Positions 26,810 to 40,022 of a DNA stretch of 64,000 bases are shown here, piece by piece. The DNA is from Callorhinchus milii (taxonomy: Eukaryota): assembly GCF_018977255.1 (NCBI RefSeq), contig NW_024704742.1, positions 86,678,001 to 86,742,000 of the forward strand, written 5' to 3'. Made by a program: the position numbers and the translations under genes. Position 1 is the stretch's first letter. Every line of letters starts with the position of its first letter. The notes below the pieces were generated by a model. It was given only the letters and a program-made list of their open reading frames with translations, searched no databases and had not been told where the DNA came from.

Positions 26810-27262
26810 TGGTGGCCCTATCTTTCAGAGGAGATATTAAACCGAGGTCCCGTCTGCCTGTTCAGGTAGACGTTAAAGATCCCCTGGCCCTAATCGAAAA
26901 GAGAACAGAGTTTTCTATCCCAGTGTCCTGGCCAACAATCCTCCAAATAACATTGGTTATTTACTTAAAACAAAAACAGAGAGAGCTGGGAAAATTCAGC
27001 AGGTCAGGCTGCTATGGAGAAAGGAAAGTGAGTCAATGTTTCGGGTCCACAACCCTTTGTCAGAACTGTTTTTATTTCAGATTCCAACATCTGCAGTATT
27101 TTGTGTTTTGTGTTGGTTATTTACTTCATGGCTGTTTGTGGGGGATTGCTGTGTGCAAATTGACTGCTGACTTTGCCTACAAAATACACAGTATATCCTG
27201 TGAAGAGCTTTGAGATGTCTCTACGATGTGATAAGATGCTAAATCAAATGCAAGAATAATTA
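26810..27262 (+). mobile_element. Deu-domain-type SINE with a Penelope-like insert (~26970-27110)
   Basis: attaaaccgaggtcccgtctgcctgttcagg core; insert contains gtttcgggtc..cagattccaacatctgcag. Confidence 0.55.
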
Positions 27263-29213
27263 TATTGTAGCATTATATTGGTGGGGGCTACAATTACGCT
27301 TTGTGCAGCGGCCCTGGGCTAGCGAGAGAAAATCATATATATGTGGGTTGAGGACAAGATGGGGCTCAACTGTGAACCCTGCCCCCACCCTCCCCCATTG
27401 ATAGATTGTTAGAAAGAAAGGTTACACATGAAGAGTACAGAGCTTTGGTATGCGACACAACTTTTGATGAGATTTTTCATGGGATAGAATATAATTTCAA
27501 AATAAAATATGTTATATTTTACTGTGCAGATTGGGAATTTTTTTCCTCTTGTCTTGACCCTGAGAAATATAGAAGTCTTACGGCTTTAAGGTGTTTGTGA
27601 GAGAGGAGACAGTCACCTATCAGCATGCTGTCAGTGATTCTGATAAGCCTCAGACTGACAATTTACACAGCTAAGATTGCAAAAGCGATCGGGCTGAACA
27701 AATGGATATACAGTAATTCAGCTTTCAAAATGATATTAATATCTGCTGACAGGCAAGAGTTTACTCTGAAGACATCTGTATTATTCAGTGGAGTATTTGC
27801 AGTTCACAAACAAATCAATACCAGTTTGCATACCCAATGTGGGAATCAAACTATGTCCGATTTTTAAAACACAATCGAGGGGACAAAATAGGCAAGGACA
27901 AAAGTCAATTGCCTTCAGCAAAGTGTTGCTAACTCCATTACTTCAGGAATGTCACTCATACCTCAAGGCACCGTTTCACCTATCCTTCTCGACTTTGAAT
28001 CTATTTCCAGTTGTGCTTCTGCTTCACTGAGCTAGAACTGCGGAGAGCGTCCTGGGAATAAAATGGCCTTGAGTGACGTAGCAGAGACACACAGACACTT
28101 CCGCCCAGAGGACAACACTTTGAAAGATGTTCACTTTAAAAATATATACATTTTACGACGCTAGCGGTTCCAGGTTTGATCCCTGATCATTACTGACTGA
28201 GATGATAACAGCTTCAGTTAACCTCAGTATCCCTTGGCGCCAGGGTTCCCACTCCCAGGACCTGAAATTTCTCATGTTCTTAGGCTTAAAACCATTGTAT
28301 TCAAATTTAATTTTGGAAAATTCATAAATTCAGTCTAAATGTGGAAGCTGGATTTCTGCAGTCCTTCTGGGTGCTGTGGAATACCACCTTCCAAACTAAG
28401 ACTCAATTGCTTTGAAACAATTGATTTAAACATAGAATGGGCAGTATGCAAATAAATGTCACTGCTATTATTATCATACTATTAGAATTAATAAATGATG
28501 GAATAGTAAAATGTTTTACACAAAACTTCTGGTGTTTGGGTTTTTGTCCTGTGTCCTGCATTGTCACTGAATTGATGTGATGTGAAGTATTGGTGCACTT
28601 ACTGCAAATCGTGCTGCTGCAGATACAGATTGGACTGAGGGTCATAGCCTGAGGATCAATGAAACCACCGTGTGACAGCACGTCAGTGTCAATATCATCA
28701 AAACACCAAAATAAACCCAGACAGCGGATTCAAAGATAACTGAGAAGCTATCTGAATTCTGCTATTTCCCTCTTTCTTGAGCAGGAGCCAAGCTCCTCCA
28801 GCGAGGCCTGAGATGCAAATAGATGAACTGAAATGTGTCTTTATAGAGCAGCAAGTTAAAGTTTGTTCCAATTTCTAATCACAATTTGGACACTATCCCA
28901 TCTATTCACTGTTTATTTCAATTCAATATTAATTTGAGAAAATGAGGGCAATGAATATCAGGTTAGGAGTAGGATTGAAGCTTATAGGGATTAAAAATAG
29001 ATGGTGATAATCAAATACTCCATGGAACACGAAGGCCGGGGTACTGCTGGGATCAAGGAAATGTGATCTGTGAAATGCAGCCAGGGTGAATGATGGAGAC
29101 ATGGGATAGATGGATGTCATGGAGTTTCATGTGTTTACTTTCAGGGAATTATTTATTGGTCACCCAGGTGTCCCGTGAATATGGAAACCTTAAACCCTTA
29201 GTGTCGATTTTTT

Positions 29214-30293
29214 GGGGTCAGCTGAGTGGGTGTCTGACCTGGAAACCCATCACCATGTTTAAGAGTATCCAACCAAAATGACATTTCCAAGCATCCCACC
29301 TACACATGGAAATTCCAGAGATAGATTGTTGGAATGGAATGCGCACTTTCCTCCAAGAGGGACACATCCTGCTTTCCTAATTCTGGAACATATTAGACGC
29401 AGGTTGGTAAGAGCCAAGGCTTGCGGACCCCAGAGTGTGCGTTGTGGTACTGCTGGAGTCTAATCAGCTAAAATTGCATAGCTTGCCATTGAAAGCACTG
29501 CAAGCTATCCTACTCCTTGTCCAGCTAGGACCACCCTACCCATTAGGGCTTTGGCTTGCAGGGTTAACAGGAGCTGAGTGGGAAGAGTCCCTGCCCCCAG
29601 TCACTGGTTCGCCCTTCCAAGTCCTGACGATGATCCAGGCTAGCTGTGCTATCATCAACAGTGCCCTAGAATACTGCAGACCAGTCTGGTTCAGGAACTG
29701 GACATTACCAAACTACCACAGAGGATGGGCTTGATTCTAACATTCTGCTAACAAATTTGTCACCTTGGAGCTAGTTCAGCTCCAAGGAAACCCAATTTGC
29801 TTCCCTGCCAAAGAGAGAGTAAACTAGTGTCTTTCCTGTTTGGAGAAGGGCGGGGCAATGTAAATGCTGTCTCTTTGGAGCTGAGTTGCCTCCAAGGTGA
29901 TGTGGGAATGGAATGTCGGAATCGAGCCAACCTCAGTGGTGGTCTCGGAAGTCCTGAATCGGACGGTCTCGGTATTCCGGTTCCTGAGCCAGATGACAAG
30001 CTCAACATCACCTGGAGTGCCAGAATTAGGACAGGGATGCCTCCCACTAGGTTTCTGTTAACCTTGCAAACCAAAGCCCTAATGGGTAGGGTGGTCCTAA
30101 TTGGTAAGAGGTGGGAAGCTTGCAGACAGTATTCTCAGAAGCAAGCTATGCGATTTTAGTTGGCTAAATTCCAGCATTTACCCCAACACACTCTGGGATC
30201 CCAAGCTTTGACTTTGACCAAACATACACCTTATACTGTCTCCAATTAGTAAGCAGGCTGCATCCATATATGTCAAGGCATCTGGCTGACCCC
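29214..30293. mobile_element. Palindromic fold-back element (~1.1 kb)
   Basis: Termini tttGGGGTCAGC / GCTGACCCCaaa; arms are reverse complements about ACTAGT at 29823-29828. Confidence 0.7.
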
Positions 30294-30299
30294 AAAGAT

Positions 30300-31017
30300 A
30301 TGGGAACCCATCACCATCACCATGTTTAATACTATCCAAACCTACACATGGATATTTTGCTGTGTCTGGAATTAAATGCACCCTCTCTCCCTGGGGTACT
30401 GCTGGAGTCTAGCCAGCTTGTCTAGCAAGTTTCTCACTGCTTGTTCAGCTTCGACCATCCTGTCCGTTAAGACGTCAGCTGGCAGGTTGCCTTCCATATA
30501 TATGCGGATGACACCCAAATTTACTTTTCCTCCTCCAGCCATGACCCCAGGTCAGCTACTGTTCTGTCTTCTTGTTTGTCAGACATCAGGGCCTAGATGA
30601 GCGCCAACTTTCTGCAGCTGAATGTTGACAAGAAGTAAGCCAACCTCCTTGGCTCCCATCCACATCTTCTCACCCACAGCTCCGACATTGTTAGTCTTTC
30701 CGGCCTATTCCTCAGACTTACTGCTTCAGCATCAAAATCTGTCGCTATTAAGTGAGAGGCTATCCCATGTTAAGGGTGTTATATAAATGCAAGTTGTTGC
30801 TCTTGAGTTAGAAGAGCCCCTCCAAGTGATGCCAACAAGCCAAGCTGGTTAGTCAGTCATCAACATTGCCTTGGAGTAGTGCCTGGCTCAGGAACTGGAT
30901 AGCATAGACCATCATCAAGGATTGACTCAAATTTGACATTCTATTGCCTGGCATACCACCTTGGAGCCAACTCAGATCTAAGGATTCCCTGCTTACCTTC
31001 TCCCCATAGACACTAGT
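30300..31017. repeat. Deleted fold-back arm interrupted by an L2 fragment (~30450-30800, +)
   Basis: Starts ggaacccatcaccat and ends at ACTAGT 31012; the insert carries a YADDTQ-encoding motif. Confidence 0.6.
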
Positions 31018-32639
31018 TAGTCATTAGATATCTGAGAAACTCAGGTTAGGGCCCTCACTAGATGGATAGCAGGTACCAGGATCCCTTTCCAAACTTTTTG
31101 TTCAGCAGCATCTTGAAATGTGTGAGAACAATGCCACCATCCTCCCTTATGTACAGACTTGAACAAACATGGAGTCATGACAGAGCCATGCACAGATTAG
31201 GACATTGGGTGTGCAAGCGAGAGCACATGGCAGCTCAGGTTGCAGCGTGGCATTAACGTGTTTATTGGAGGGATTTAACTGTTTGACTTTACTTTCTTCA
31301 GAGCATAGTCAAGGACTCCAGATAAGTAAGAATTTCAGTTTGGGCGAAACCAATGTGAAGGATCTCGCAGGAGTGCCCTGATCCATGGGAGGGAACCTTG
31401 TAGACTCTGTCTGGGTGGCGATCCTATGTAAATTGTAGCTCGAGGGGATGGAAATCTATTTACTATTTAAAACATAAATGGGTTTTTACATTATCCTCAG
31501 ATTAGCCAAGGATTAAAGGAAAGCTTCATTAATATGCTTTTATGGATCAAATGGCTTTTTTTTCTCCTTTTCATAGGCTTCCACATGAATGTTAAGCAGT
31601 ATTTTAATCAAAAAAATGACCCAGTTATTCACCTTTTCATTTCTACAAAAACATTATTTTGTTAAGTGCTAACTTATTGATACTCACTAAGTGGAGCTGA
31701 CTCTAGCCCGGCAGTGCCCACATTAGACAGTGGAATCTAGCCAATGTAAATAGTATATTCAGGGCAACTCCAGTGATCCCAAACTGTCATTATATTGTAA
31801 ACATAAGTCAAAGTATTTCCAACTGAACTCAGTATGTTACTCTACATCCATACTCCCAAGTATGGATCACTAAAAATTCCTTCTCATGTCCTTAGCCTTA
31901 AGACAATTGTCTTAAAATTCAATATTTTGTGTAATTTTGGAAAATTCTTGTATAAAGTTTATTATTATCATTATAACTATATCAAATATAGTGCTTTTCA
32001 TGTCAGGAGGATGTCCCAAAGTGGTTCACGGATATACTATAAAGTGCAGTGACTGTGTGTTTTGTGGGCAAACTCAGCAGCTAATTTACACTCAGCAATG
32101 TCCCACAAACAGCCATGAAGTGAGTGATCTATTTTATCCGATGATTGTTGACCAGGAGAAACTCCTTTTTCTTTTCAAATAGTGCCATGGAATCTTTAAC
32201 ACCCACAGGCAAATGGGACCTCAGTTTAATGCCTTAACCAAAAACGTCTTGATTTCAAAGCTATTTTTCTGCAGTTCTCAAAAAGTAATGAGGAAAATCG
32301 GCTTCCAAATAAACACTGAATTTAAGACTGTTTTCCAAAATTCCAAACACTCTAGAATTTAAAATACTGGTTTTAACCCAAGAACATTAATAATTTTATT
32401 CCTCAAGTAATCAGGTTACAAATGTGAAAAATCAGTTGTGGACTTAACATAAAGGTGCTACAATAGTGAAGGACAATGATGAGATAAGTTTTGTGATGAT
32501 TTTCACCAATGCCTTTCAACTCAAAGATTGAATTACATCATTTTTAAAGACTTTGTAGTACTTTAAAGACATTGATCACTTTAAAGTTTAAAATCAGGAT
32601 TTGTGTTAAGGTTCCAATCTAAAGCAATGTCTTGTTCAA

Positions 32640-33238
32640 TCTCTTGTTCACGCCTTCATCACCTCCAGGCTCAACTATGCAAACGTCCTGATTGTCGGCC
32701 TTCCCAACTCCTCCCTCCACAGACTGCAGACAATCCAGAACTCTGCAACTCAGCACCAAGCTCTGTGACCCCATCTCCCCCACTTTTGCCCGATTCCACT
32801 GGCTCCCTATCCTTCGGAGGATCCAGTTCAAAATCCTGGTCCTCACATACAAAGCCCTCCATGGCCTGGCCCCACCCTACCTCTGCGACCTCCTAACCCC
32901 CTACCAACCCGCCCGTTCCCTCCGCTCAGTTGACTCTGGCCTGCTCCACGTCCAACGACCCACCCGCCCCACCATTGGCGGGAGAGCCTTCAGCCACTTA
33001 GAACCAACCTCTGGAATTCCATCCCCCAGTCACTCCGCCTCGCCCCCTCCTTAGCCTCCATCAAGTCCCGCCTCAAGACCCTCCTCTTCAATCATGCCAT
33101 TGGCCACCCCCCTTCCCCTCCCCTCCCTTACCCCCCCAACCCCAACTCGGATCTGAAATGCTGTACACTATTCAGCACCTTGGGATATCCTCCCGACGTG
33201 AAAGGCGTTATACAAATGTAATCTTGTTGTTGTTGTTG
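32640..33238 (+). mobile_element. L2 LINE 3' fragment
   Basis: FHWLPILRRIQFKILVLTYKALHGLAPPYL; (TTG)n tail. Confidence 0.9.
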
Positions 33239-33814
33239 TGGTCTGTTTCTTACTTGTGTTTTTCCTCCTGAACAGTAATCCATTGCCCACCCATGTCCCT
33301 TAGTTCAGCTAGTTGAAATTGGAGCCCACTACCGTCTAGACCATTTCTTCTACATATTCAGCCAGCGAGAGCGCACCTCCACGGGTCAATTTTAGGGAGG
33401 GGGAGACAGTCACAATTTTCTCATTCTTCCTATCAGGACAGTACAACTTAAAGTCGTTTCAAGACCATCCTCTTCAACCGCGCTTTTGGTTATCTACCCA
33501 CCACCCTTCCCCTCCACCACTGTTGACTCCAGCCCGCAGCTCGGGTGCAGACTCTTGACTGTTCAGACCTGGGGACATTCTCCTGGCCTGAAAGGTGCCA
33601 TATAAAAATGCAATTTGTTGTTGTTCTTCCAGTCAAGAACCAACAAATTTCATTCAAACTGGGCAAAGTGAGTCTAAGTGATGAGAGAACAGTCCTGGTG
33701 CTCAAACCCATGATCTTTGGTGGTTGGGTGGTTAGTGGTTTGAGCTTCATCGTTTGCAGTTTTCAGCCAATCTCACTGGAATAACTACCTTCACAAAGTC
33801 TTTATTTCAGGTAC

Positions 33815-33944
33815 CTGATCATTGTTTCGGTTGCTCACAACCGCTTCGTACGGAGGAGGAGGATCAACCGGACAAAACACCTCAATCCCTTTCATCCTGG
33901 TTCCATAGATATGGGTCAGTGGAATCACGTCATTGCTGAGAATC
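33815..33944 (-). CDS. ENTREP1: ENTREP1 coding exon with PPxY motif
   Basis: tgcag|G..CAG|gtacct; ILSNDVIPLTHIYGTRMKGIEVFCPVDPPPPYEAVVS. Confidence 0.95.
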
Positions 33945-34000
33945 CTGCAATAAGCATATCAGATAGTCAGCACCAGATGTCAGAGCACAGCACCAAATAA

Positions 34001-34317
34001 TAGTAATAATAATAATAATAATCCTTGCATTTGATATAGCGCTTTTCACGTCTTCTAGGCATCTCAAAGCGCTTCACAAAATAGACTATAAAGTGAATTG
34101 ACTGTATATTTATGGGCGGAATGCGGCAGCCAATTGCACACAGCAGTGTCCCACAAACAGTCGTGGATTGAAATGACCAATTTATCATTTTTTTTTAGGG
34201 ATTATTATCAGGCGTGTGGAGTAAGGAAACTTGCCCAACGGTTCGCCCTACTGGGAATCAAACCCAGGTCTCTCGCTTGCAAAGCAAGTGCTCTAACCAC
34301 TGAGCTACAGGACTCCA
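34001..34317 (-). mobile_element. tRNA-headed SINE (short variant)
   Basis: Near-complete copy. Confidence 0.88.
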
Positions 34318-34519
34318 TTGTTGATTTGTAGTTTTTGCAAATTGTCTTTTATCTTCAGTTATCAACTTTACTGCTCATTATCAATTTCATTGACAGTCTC
34401 TTCTATGAAATTTAGAAGTATTTTTTAAGATTGTTCTTTACCAAACATATTGCAGCAATGCTGTCAAAACTGTGATAGAAATAGGATTTACTGTATATTG
34501 ATAAAATGTGTTGTTTAGG

Positions 34520-34925
34520 TAATAGTAATAATCCTTGCATTTTATATAGCGGCTTCTCACATGGTCGAGACATCTCAATGCGCTTCATTCGATATACTGT
34601 AAAGTGCAGTTATTGTATTTTCCCGGTGAACATGGCAGCCAATTTGCACACAGCAATGTCCCACAAGCAGCCATGCAATGCTCCCAATTTGTTGGCCAGG
34701 ACACCGGGATAAACTCCCTTCTCTATTTGAATAGAGCCATGGGATCTTTAACGTCCAACCGAACAGGCAGACGGTACCTCGGTTTAACATCTCATCCAAA
34801 AGACACTTCCAGCACTGTACTGGATTATCATCGCAGGCTCTGTGAGTTCAAGTCCTGATGTGGGGCTTTCACCCTCAACCTTCTGACTCTGAGGCGAGAG
34901 CGCTACCACAGAGCCAGGCTGATAC
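34520..34925 (-). mobile_element. Deu-domain-type SINE
   Basis: Head (cagcctggctctgtggtagcgctctcgcctcagagtcaga), Deu-like core and L2-like tail. Confidence 0.7.
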
Positions 34926-36274
34926 ACGTACTAGATAATGCATTGAATAATACCATCCTTCAGGCTAATCGGCTTTCTTTCTCTTGATGGTGTGGGATGG
35001 CAATAGCGATACTGTGTTATGTCGATGTTATCAAAATACACTTTTGCTGTGGAAGACCATGTGCAATATCTCACTGCTAATTGAGTACAGCATAAACTGT
35101 TATAGAACACACTGTCATACTGTATCGTTGTGAATCCCTCTCTGTTGAACAGTGAATCTGTTTCAGTGGAACACATAAATGAAGTCTATCACCACCTTTA
35201 GTTATGCCAAGGCAGTAGCACAAGAGGGCACAGATCCATGGTGCGAAGGGAGATTTCATGGCAGAAACCAAGAAGCATTTCTTCACCAAGTTTTTTTTTA
35301 ATTGTGTTATTAATTTCGATTCCATCTGCCTTATGATTCAAATGTGAACATTGCAGTATTTGTTCCTTTTACCACACCCTCCCCCAGCAGCTATTTGAAA
35401 GAAAACTGGAGGTTTTCCTTGGAGGTTTTATAATCTCCTCATTCAACTTCAGATCTATGGGTTTGTCATCTCACTGCTGTTTATTGGATAATATAAATAT
35501 TATTATACTTGCATTTGATATAGCTCCCTATCATATTGTTGAAATGTTTCAAAGTGCTTCACAGAATATACGGTAAAGTGGATTGAATGGGTATTTTGTA
35601 GGTGAAATGTGGCAACCAGTTATGCACAGCAATGTCCCACAAACAGCCATGGAGTGAATGACCATGGCTGTTTGGGGGATTATTGGCCAGGACACTGGGA
35701 GAAACTCTCATCCTTTTTTGAATTGTGCCATGGGATCTTTAACACCCAACTGAATAGGCAGACATGACCTCGGTTTTACCTCGGTCTCATCCAAAGGATG
35801 AATGTTACTGCACAAATTGGCTGCAGCATTCGTCTGTAAACCAGCATTCATTTAACTTCTAATCAATTTTATTTTGTGAAGGGCTTCAAAATGTTTATTT
35901 TATGTGAAAGTCGCTATAAATATATTCAGGCTACTATTAATAATTAACAGCTGAGTAGGTTACCAGGAAAAGTGGTTGAGGGCACTGGACTGATTTAAGA
36001 AACAGCTTCACACTGTTGGTGTACAGGAAGGAAGAGATCAAATTGGTTGAAGCACCTTCTTTCTCAGAATCTTTCTTGTGATCTAAGATCTAATTAAAAG
36101 CAAGGAGTGAAAAGATGACTGATGACTGTCGCACAGATAATAATAATAATCTTCGCATTTTATTTAGCGCCTATAACGTCACAATATCTCAAAGTGTTTC
36201 ATAGTAATTACAGTTAAGAGTAGTGACTGAATATTTGATGGCAAATGTAGCAGTTAATTTGCACACAGAAAAAG

Positions 36275-36785
36275 GATTTATATAGCACCCTCCACGCTGG
36301 ACGGCGTCTCAGAGCGCTTCATAGTAACTGATCCCGGGGCCGAGCGAGGGGGAGGGGGAGGAAGGTGACCAAAGGCGCGGTCGAAAAGAAAGATCGTCAG
36401 CAGAGACCTGAAAATAGGAAGAGAGGGAATGAGATGAAGGGAGCGAGGAAGGCAGTTCCAGAGCCTCAGGGTATAGTGGCTGAAGGCGGAGGACTCGCGG
36501 GACGAGGAAGAGGCCAAACCCGGAGGAACAGAGGTAAAGGGTACTGTTTTGAGGAGAGAGGAGGTCAGAGAGGTAGGGAGATGCAGAGGAGGGACTTGAA
36601 TACAAGGGTGAGGATCTTGAAATCGATCCTCTCTGGGATAGGCAGTCAATGCAGTCTGGCAAGGACTGGGGTGATCGAGGAGCGGAGTTTCGTGCGGGTG
36701 AGAATGTGGGCGGCAGAGTTTTGAATGATTTGGATTTTATGAATGGTAGTGGATGGTAGACCGGCGAGGAGGGCGTTAGAGTAGC
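36275..36785 (-). mobile_element. L2 LINE 3' fragment inserted in an older SINE
   Basis: LLAGLPSTTIHKIQIIQNSAA; closely related to 771-1420. Confidence 0.85.
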
Positions 36786-37796
36786 TAGGACACAGGGAGA
36801 AATTCTCTTCTCTCTTCAAATAGTGCTGAGCATTCTTTAACATCCCTCTAAAGAGGCAGATGTGTCCTTAGTCTCACGTCTCATCTGTAGGATGGCACAT
36901 GCGACAACGCAGCCATCCTGCAACACAACCTAGACTATGAGCTCAAAGTCCCTGATGGAGCTGTTCCAGGATACGCATATCCAAATTCCTCCCTGTTGTG
37001 CATTTTGTTGTCTATAAATTAATATATATTTAATTTTTTTCCCCCATGTTAATTCTCCTTTCCCTGCCTTTCCAGAAGGGACAGACTCTTCTGGAACAAA
37101 ACCCAGCAAATTATCAGAATTTTTACACGTGAGGACTAGGGACACGGAATGAATGAAGTCTAAGTGTCAGCTCCACCGAGTGAGCATCAGTCCAGGGCAC
37201 CAAAGGTCAAATATAAAGGGCTATACATTATGGTTTAAAGACTGCAGATGGTGCTGAAAATAAACAAAAGGGGAACACACAAAGGGAATGTAAAGAGTAT
37301 AGAACTAATCTATGAAACCACCAACACATTGAAGTTTCTAGGCCTTAGATGATTTATACATGTCAATGGTTATTGTGAGACGTGTTTTTAATGGTGTGGG
37401 AGCTTCAATGCAGCGTGTGCTTACACAGCAGGCGCTTGGAGAGATGGGACAAGCAGGTCACTATAGAGGGTTTCTGTTGAACAAAGAACTGTTTTTTGCT
37501 TGTTTGTGGTCTTCATGATCACAGCATTGAAGCAAAGAAAACAATGTATTGTGAGAAACACAAAGGTATTGCTGAAGGTCAAGCGACCAGAGCAGGCCTG
37601 CATTAACCATTTAATTCCAATCTCCTCTTCCAACTGGTGCCAACAATCTCCTTTAACTGCTCAGTGATTGAACAGCTGAACCTTCCCCAAATTCAAGTTA
37701 ACGCTGTTTATATTCAATCTGTTTTCAGAGTAGGGTTCCCTTAAGTCACTTTGATGTGCAGGATATACTTCCAATCACTGGGAGGAGATACACTCA

Positions 37797-38108
37797 GATT
37801 CCTGTAGCTCAGTGGTTAGAGCACTCTCCTCGCAAGCGAGAGACCTGAGTTGAATTCCCGGCAGGGCGAAACCTTGGGCAAGTTTCCTTATTCCACATGC
37901 CTGATAATAATCCCTCAAGAAAAAAAACAATAATAATTTGGTCACTTCAATTCATGACTGTTTGTGGGACACTGCTGCACGCAATTGGCTGCTGCATTTC
38001 GCCCACAAAATATATAGTCAATTCACTTTACAGTATATTCTATGAAGCGCTTTGAGATGTCTAGAAGACGTAAAAAGCGCTATATCAAATGCAAGGATTA
38101 TTATTATT
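37797..38108 (+). mobile_element. tRNA-headed SINE (short variant)
   Basis: tagctcagtggttagagc A-box head through (ATT)n tail. Confidence 0.88.
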
Positions 38109-38364
38109 TATTTTTTCATTGAAAAAAATCTGATAACAAACAACGCCAACCGTACATACAAAGTATTGTATTTTCTCTTAAAAGTTAAGTTTCTTTCTTT
38201 TCATAACATAAAATCTGTCCAGTTTGAGTGGTAAGGTTTTGCGTTTTATACTGAATTCCTTCCCATGTCCCCCTTGACGTCTAACCAGACAGTGACACAT
38301 CGCTCCAGGGCTTGTCAACTTAGGATCCGCGACGGTCCGCCAGGTGTCAGGAATTTCGGTTCTG

Positions 38365-38765
38365 AGAAAATGTTTAGGAAGTTGGGATTGTTTTCTTTGA
38401 AAAAAGGAGAATTTAAGGTGACCTGATTAAAGTTTTTGATGTCCTAAAGGGAACTGTTAAAGTCGATCCAGGTGAATTGTTCACTTTGGCAAAGAGTTGA
38501 AATCTTAAGGGACATTGGTTAAAAATGAGGAAGCTAGGAGTAAGAAAGAAAATCAGGTGGAATTTTTCACCCAAAGTGTAATTGACTGTGGAGCAGTTCA
38601 CCAGGGAAAGCCATTGAGGCAGATCATGGAAAAGTTGCAATTGAATGGTTTTGTGGAGAGAGAAGCATTAAGTGATATGGGGAGAAGGTGGGTGAGAGTT
38701 GAGAACTACCAAAGGACAGCCTACTTAGGCTTAATGGCAATTTCCTGTTTCTAAAAATTCTTATG
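38365..38765 (+). mobile_element. CR1 LINE 3' fragment
   Basis: Decayed LGLFSLEKRR..GDLI..FFTQ.V..W-type coding remnant and tail. Confidence 0.65.
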
Positions 38766-39157
38766 TACCAACGTGTCACCATGTCTCCTCAGCCATACCA
38801 ACATCCTTCCCTATAATAAATTGTGTATCACGATAGATTGGCTGGATTAGGCCTGTTTTCATGAGAGAAGAGATGTTTAAGAGGGGATCTAATAGAGGTG
38901 TTTAAATTACAAAAGGGTTCGATAAAAAATAATAATTTTACAAATAAAATAATTTTACAAGTAAAGTAATGGGATATTTCAACACACAAAAAACTACTGA
39001 TAATGAATGAGCCAGCTGGGTTCCTAGAACATTTCTTAGCTTCTATCCTAACCAGGGCAGTGAAGGCTTTGGGCACAGTGAAGGGACTGGAGTGATTTGA
39101 TCAGTATAGAGCTCCATTCCCTACAGGGAACTGGGCTAGGAATAGCATCTTCCCTAC

Positions 39158-39291
39158 CGTGGATTGATCCGGGGCGTGTAGGAGCAGAAGGTGGAGAAGT
39201 ACGGAGGAGGTGGAATTGGAGGAACAAATTCCTCAGGGTCCGGCGGGTGGATTGGCTCTTCAGATTCTTCTGGGGGAATCTGGGCTTCAAC
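39158..39291 (-). CDS. ENTREP1: ENTREP1 coding exon with PPxY motif
   Basis: ttcag|GTT..CG|gtaggg; VEAQIPPEESEEPIHPPDPEEFVPPIPPPPYFSTFCSYTPRINP. Confidence 0.93.
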
Positions 39292-39914
39292 CTGAAGAGA
39301 AAATCACAGTAAGTGACAAGGACAAACACCATGAAGACATTTTCACTACGTTGATACCAGAGCTGCAGGTTACTGCTATCATGATGGACTGGTTAGGTTA
39401 GACCAGTTTTCACTAGAGAAAAGATGTTTAAGAACGGACCTAATACAGGTGCTTAAAATTATAAATGGGTTCAATAGGGTTAGCATAAACAGGCTGTTCC
39501 CACTGGTTGGGGAGTCTGTAACTAGGGGACACATGTATAAGATAGTGACTAGGGGATGTAAAGGGGATTTAGGAGGAATACTTCATGCAGAGAGTAGTGA
39601 GATTGTGGAACTCACTGCCCAAAGGTGGCAGTTGAATCAGTTGGTGTAGATGCATTTAAGACAAAGCTGGACCTTCATGTGAGGAATTAGAAAGATACTG
39701 GAGGGAGCAAAATAAAATTGGTCATTCACTTCATGGCTATTGTAGAACATTGCTGTGTACAAATTGGCTGCTGTGTTTGCCCACAAATACAGTCACCTAC
39801 CACAGTAAGTCCTGTGAAATGCTTTGGGACGTCCTCCCAACGTGAAAGGCGCAAGAGCAAATGCAAGGATTATTATTTTATTTAATGCATAAAATTCTAA
39901 GTCAATAAACTCAC

Positions 39915-40022
39915 CATCCGGGGTCGTCTGCCGGCAAATATCTGCAGGTACTGCAGGGCAGCAGCCACCACACACACCGTGGTGGTCAAAGCATTAAGGA
40001 CACAGATAGCAAAGAGAAGATC
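39915..40022 (-). CDS. ENTREP1: ENTREP1 coding exon (transmembrane segment)
   Basis: ttcag|GAT..ATG|gtgagt; DLLFAICVLNALTTTVCVVAAALQYLQIFAGRRPRM. Confidence 0.95.

Noticed and set aside
28603..28648. Possible ENTREP1 cassette exon (cag|...|gtaagt)
   Set aside because: 46 nt would shift the frame between phase-0 neighbours; no homology support
33253..33350. Possible ENTREP1 exon reading GSGLQFQLAEL
   Set aside because: No acceptor in a compatible phase; 24837-24909 fits instead
37797..37872. tRNA-Ala/Val-like sequences
   Set aside because: SINE heads that continue into the SINE body and lack a proper acceptor stem; not tRNA genes
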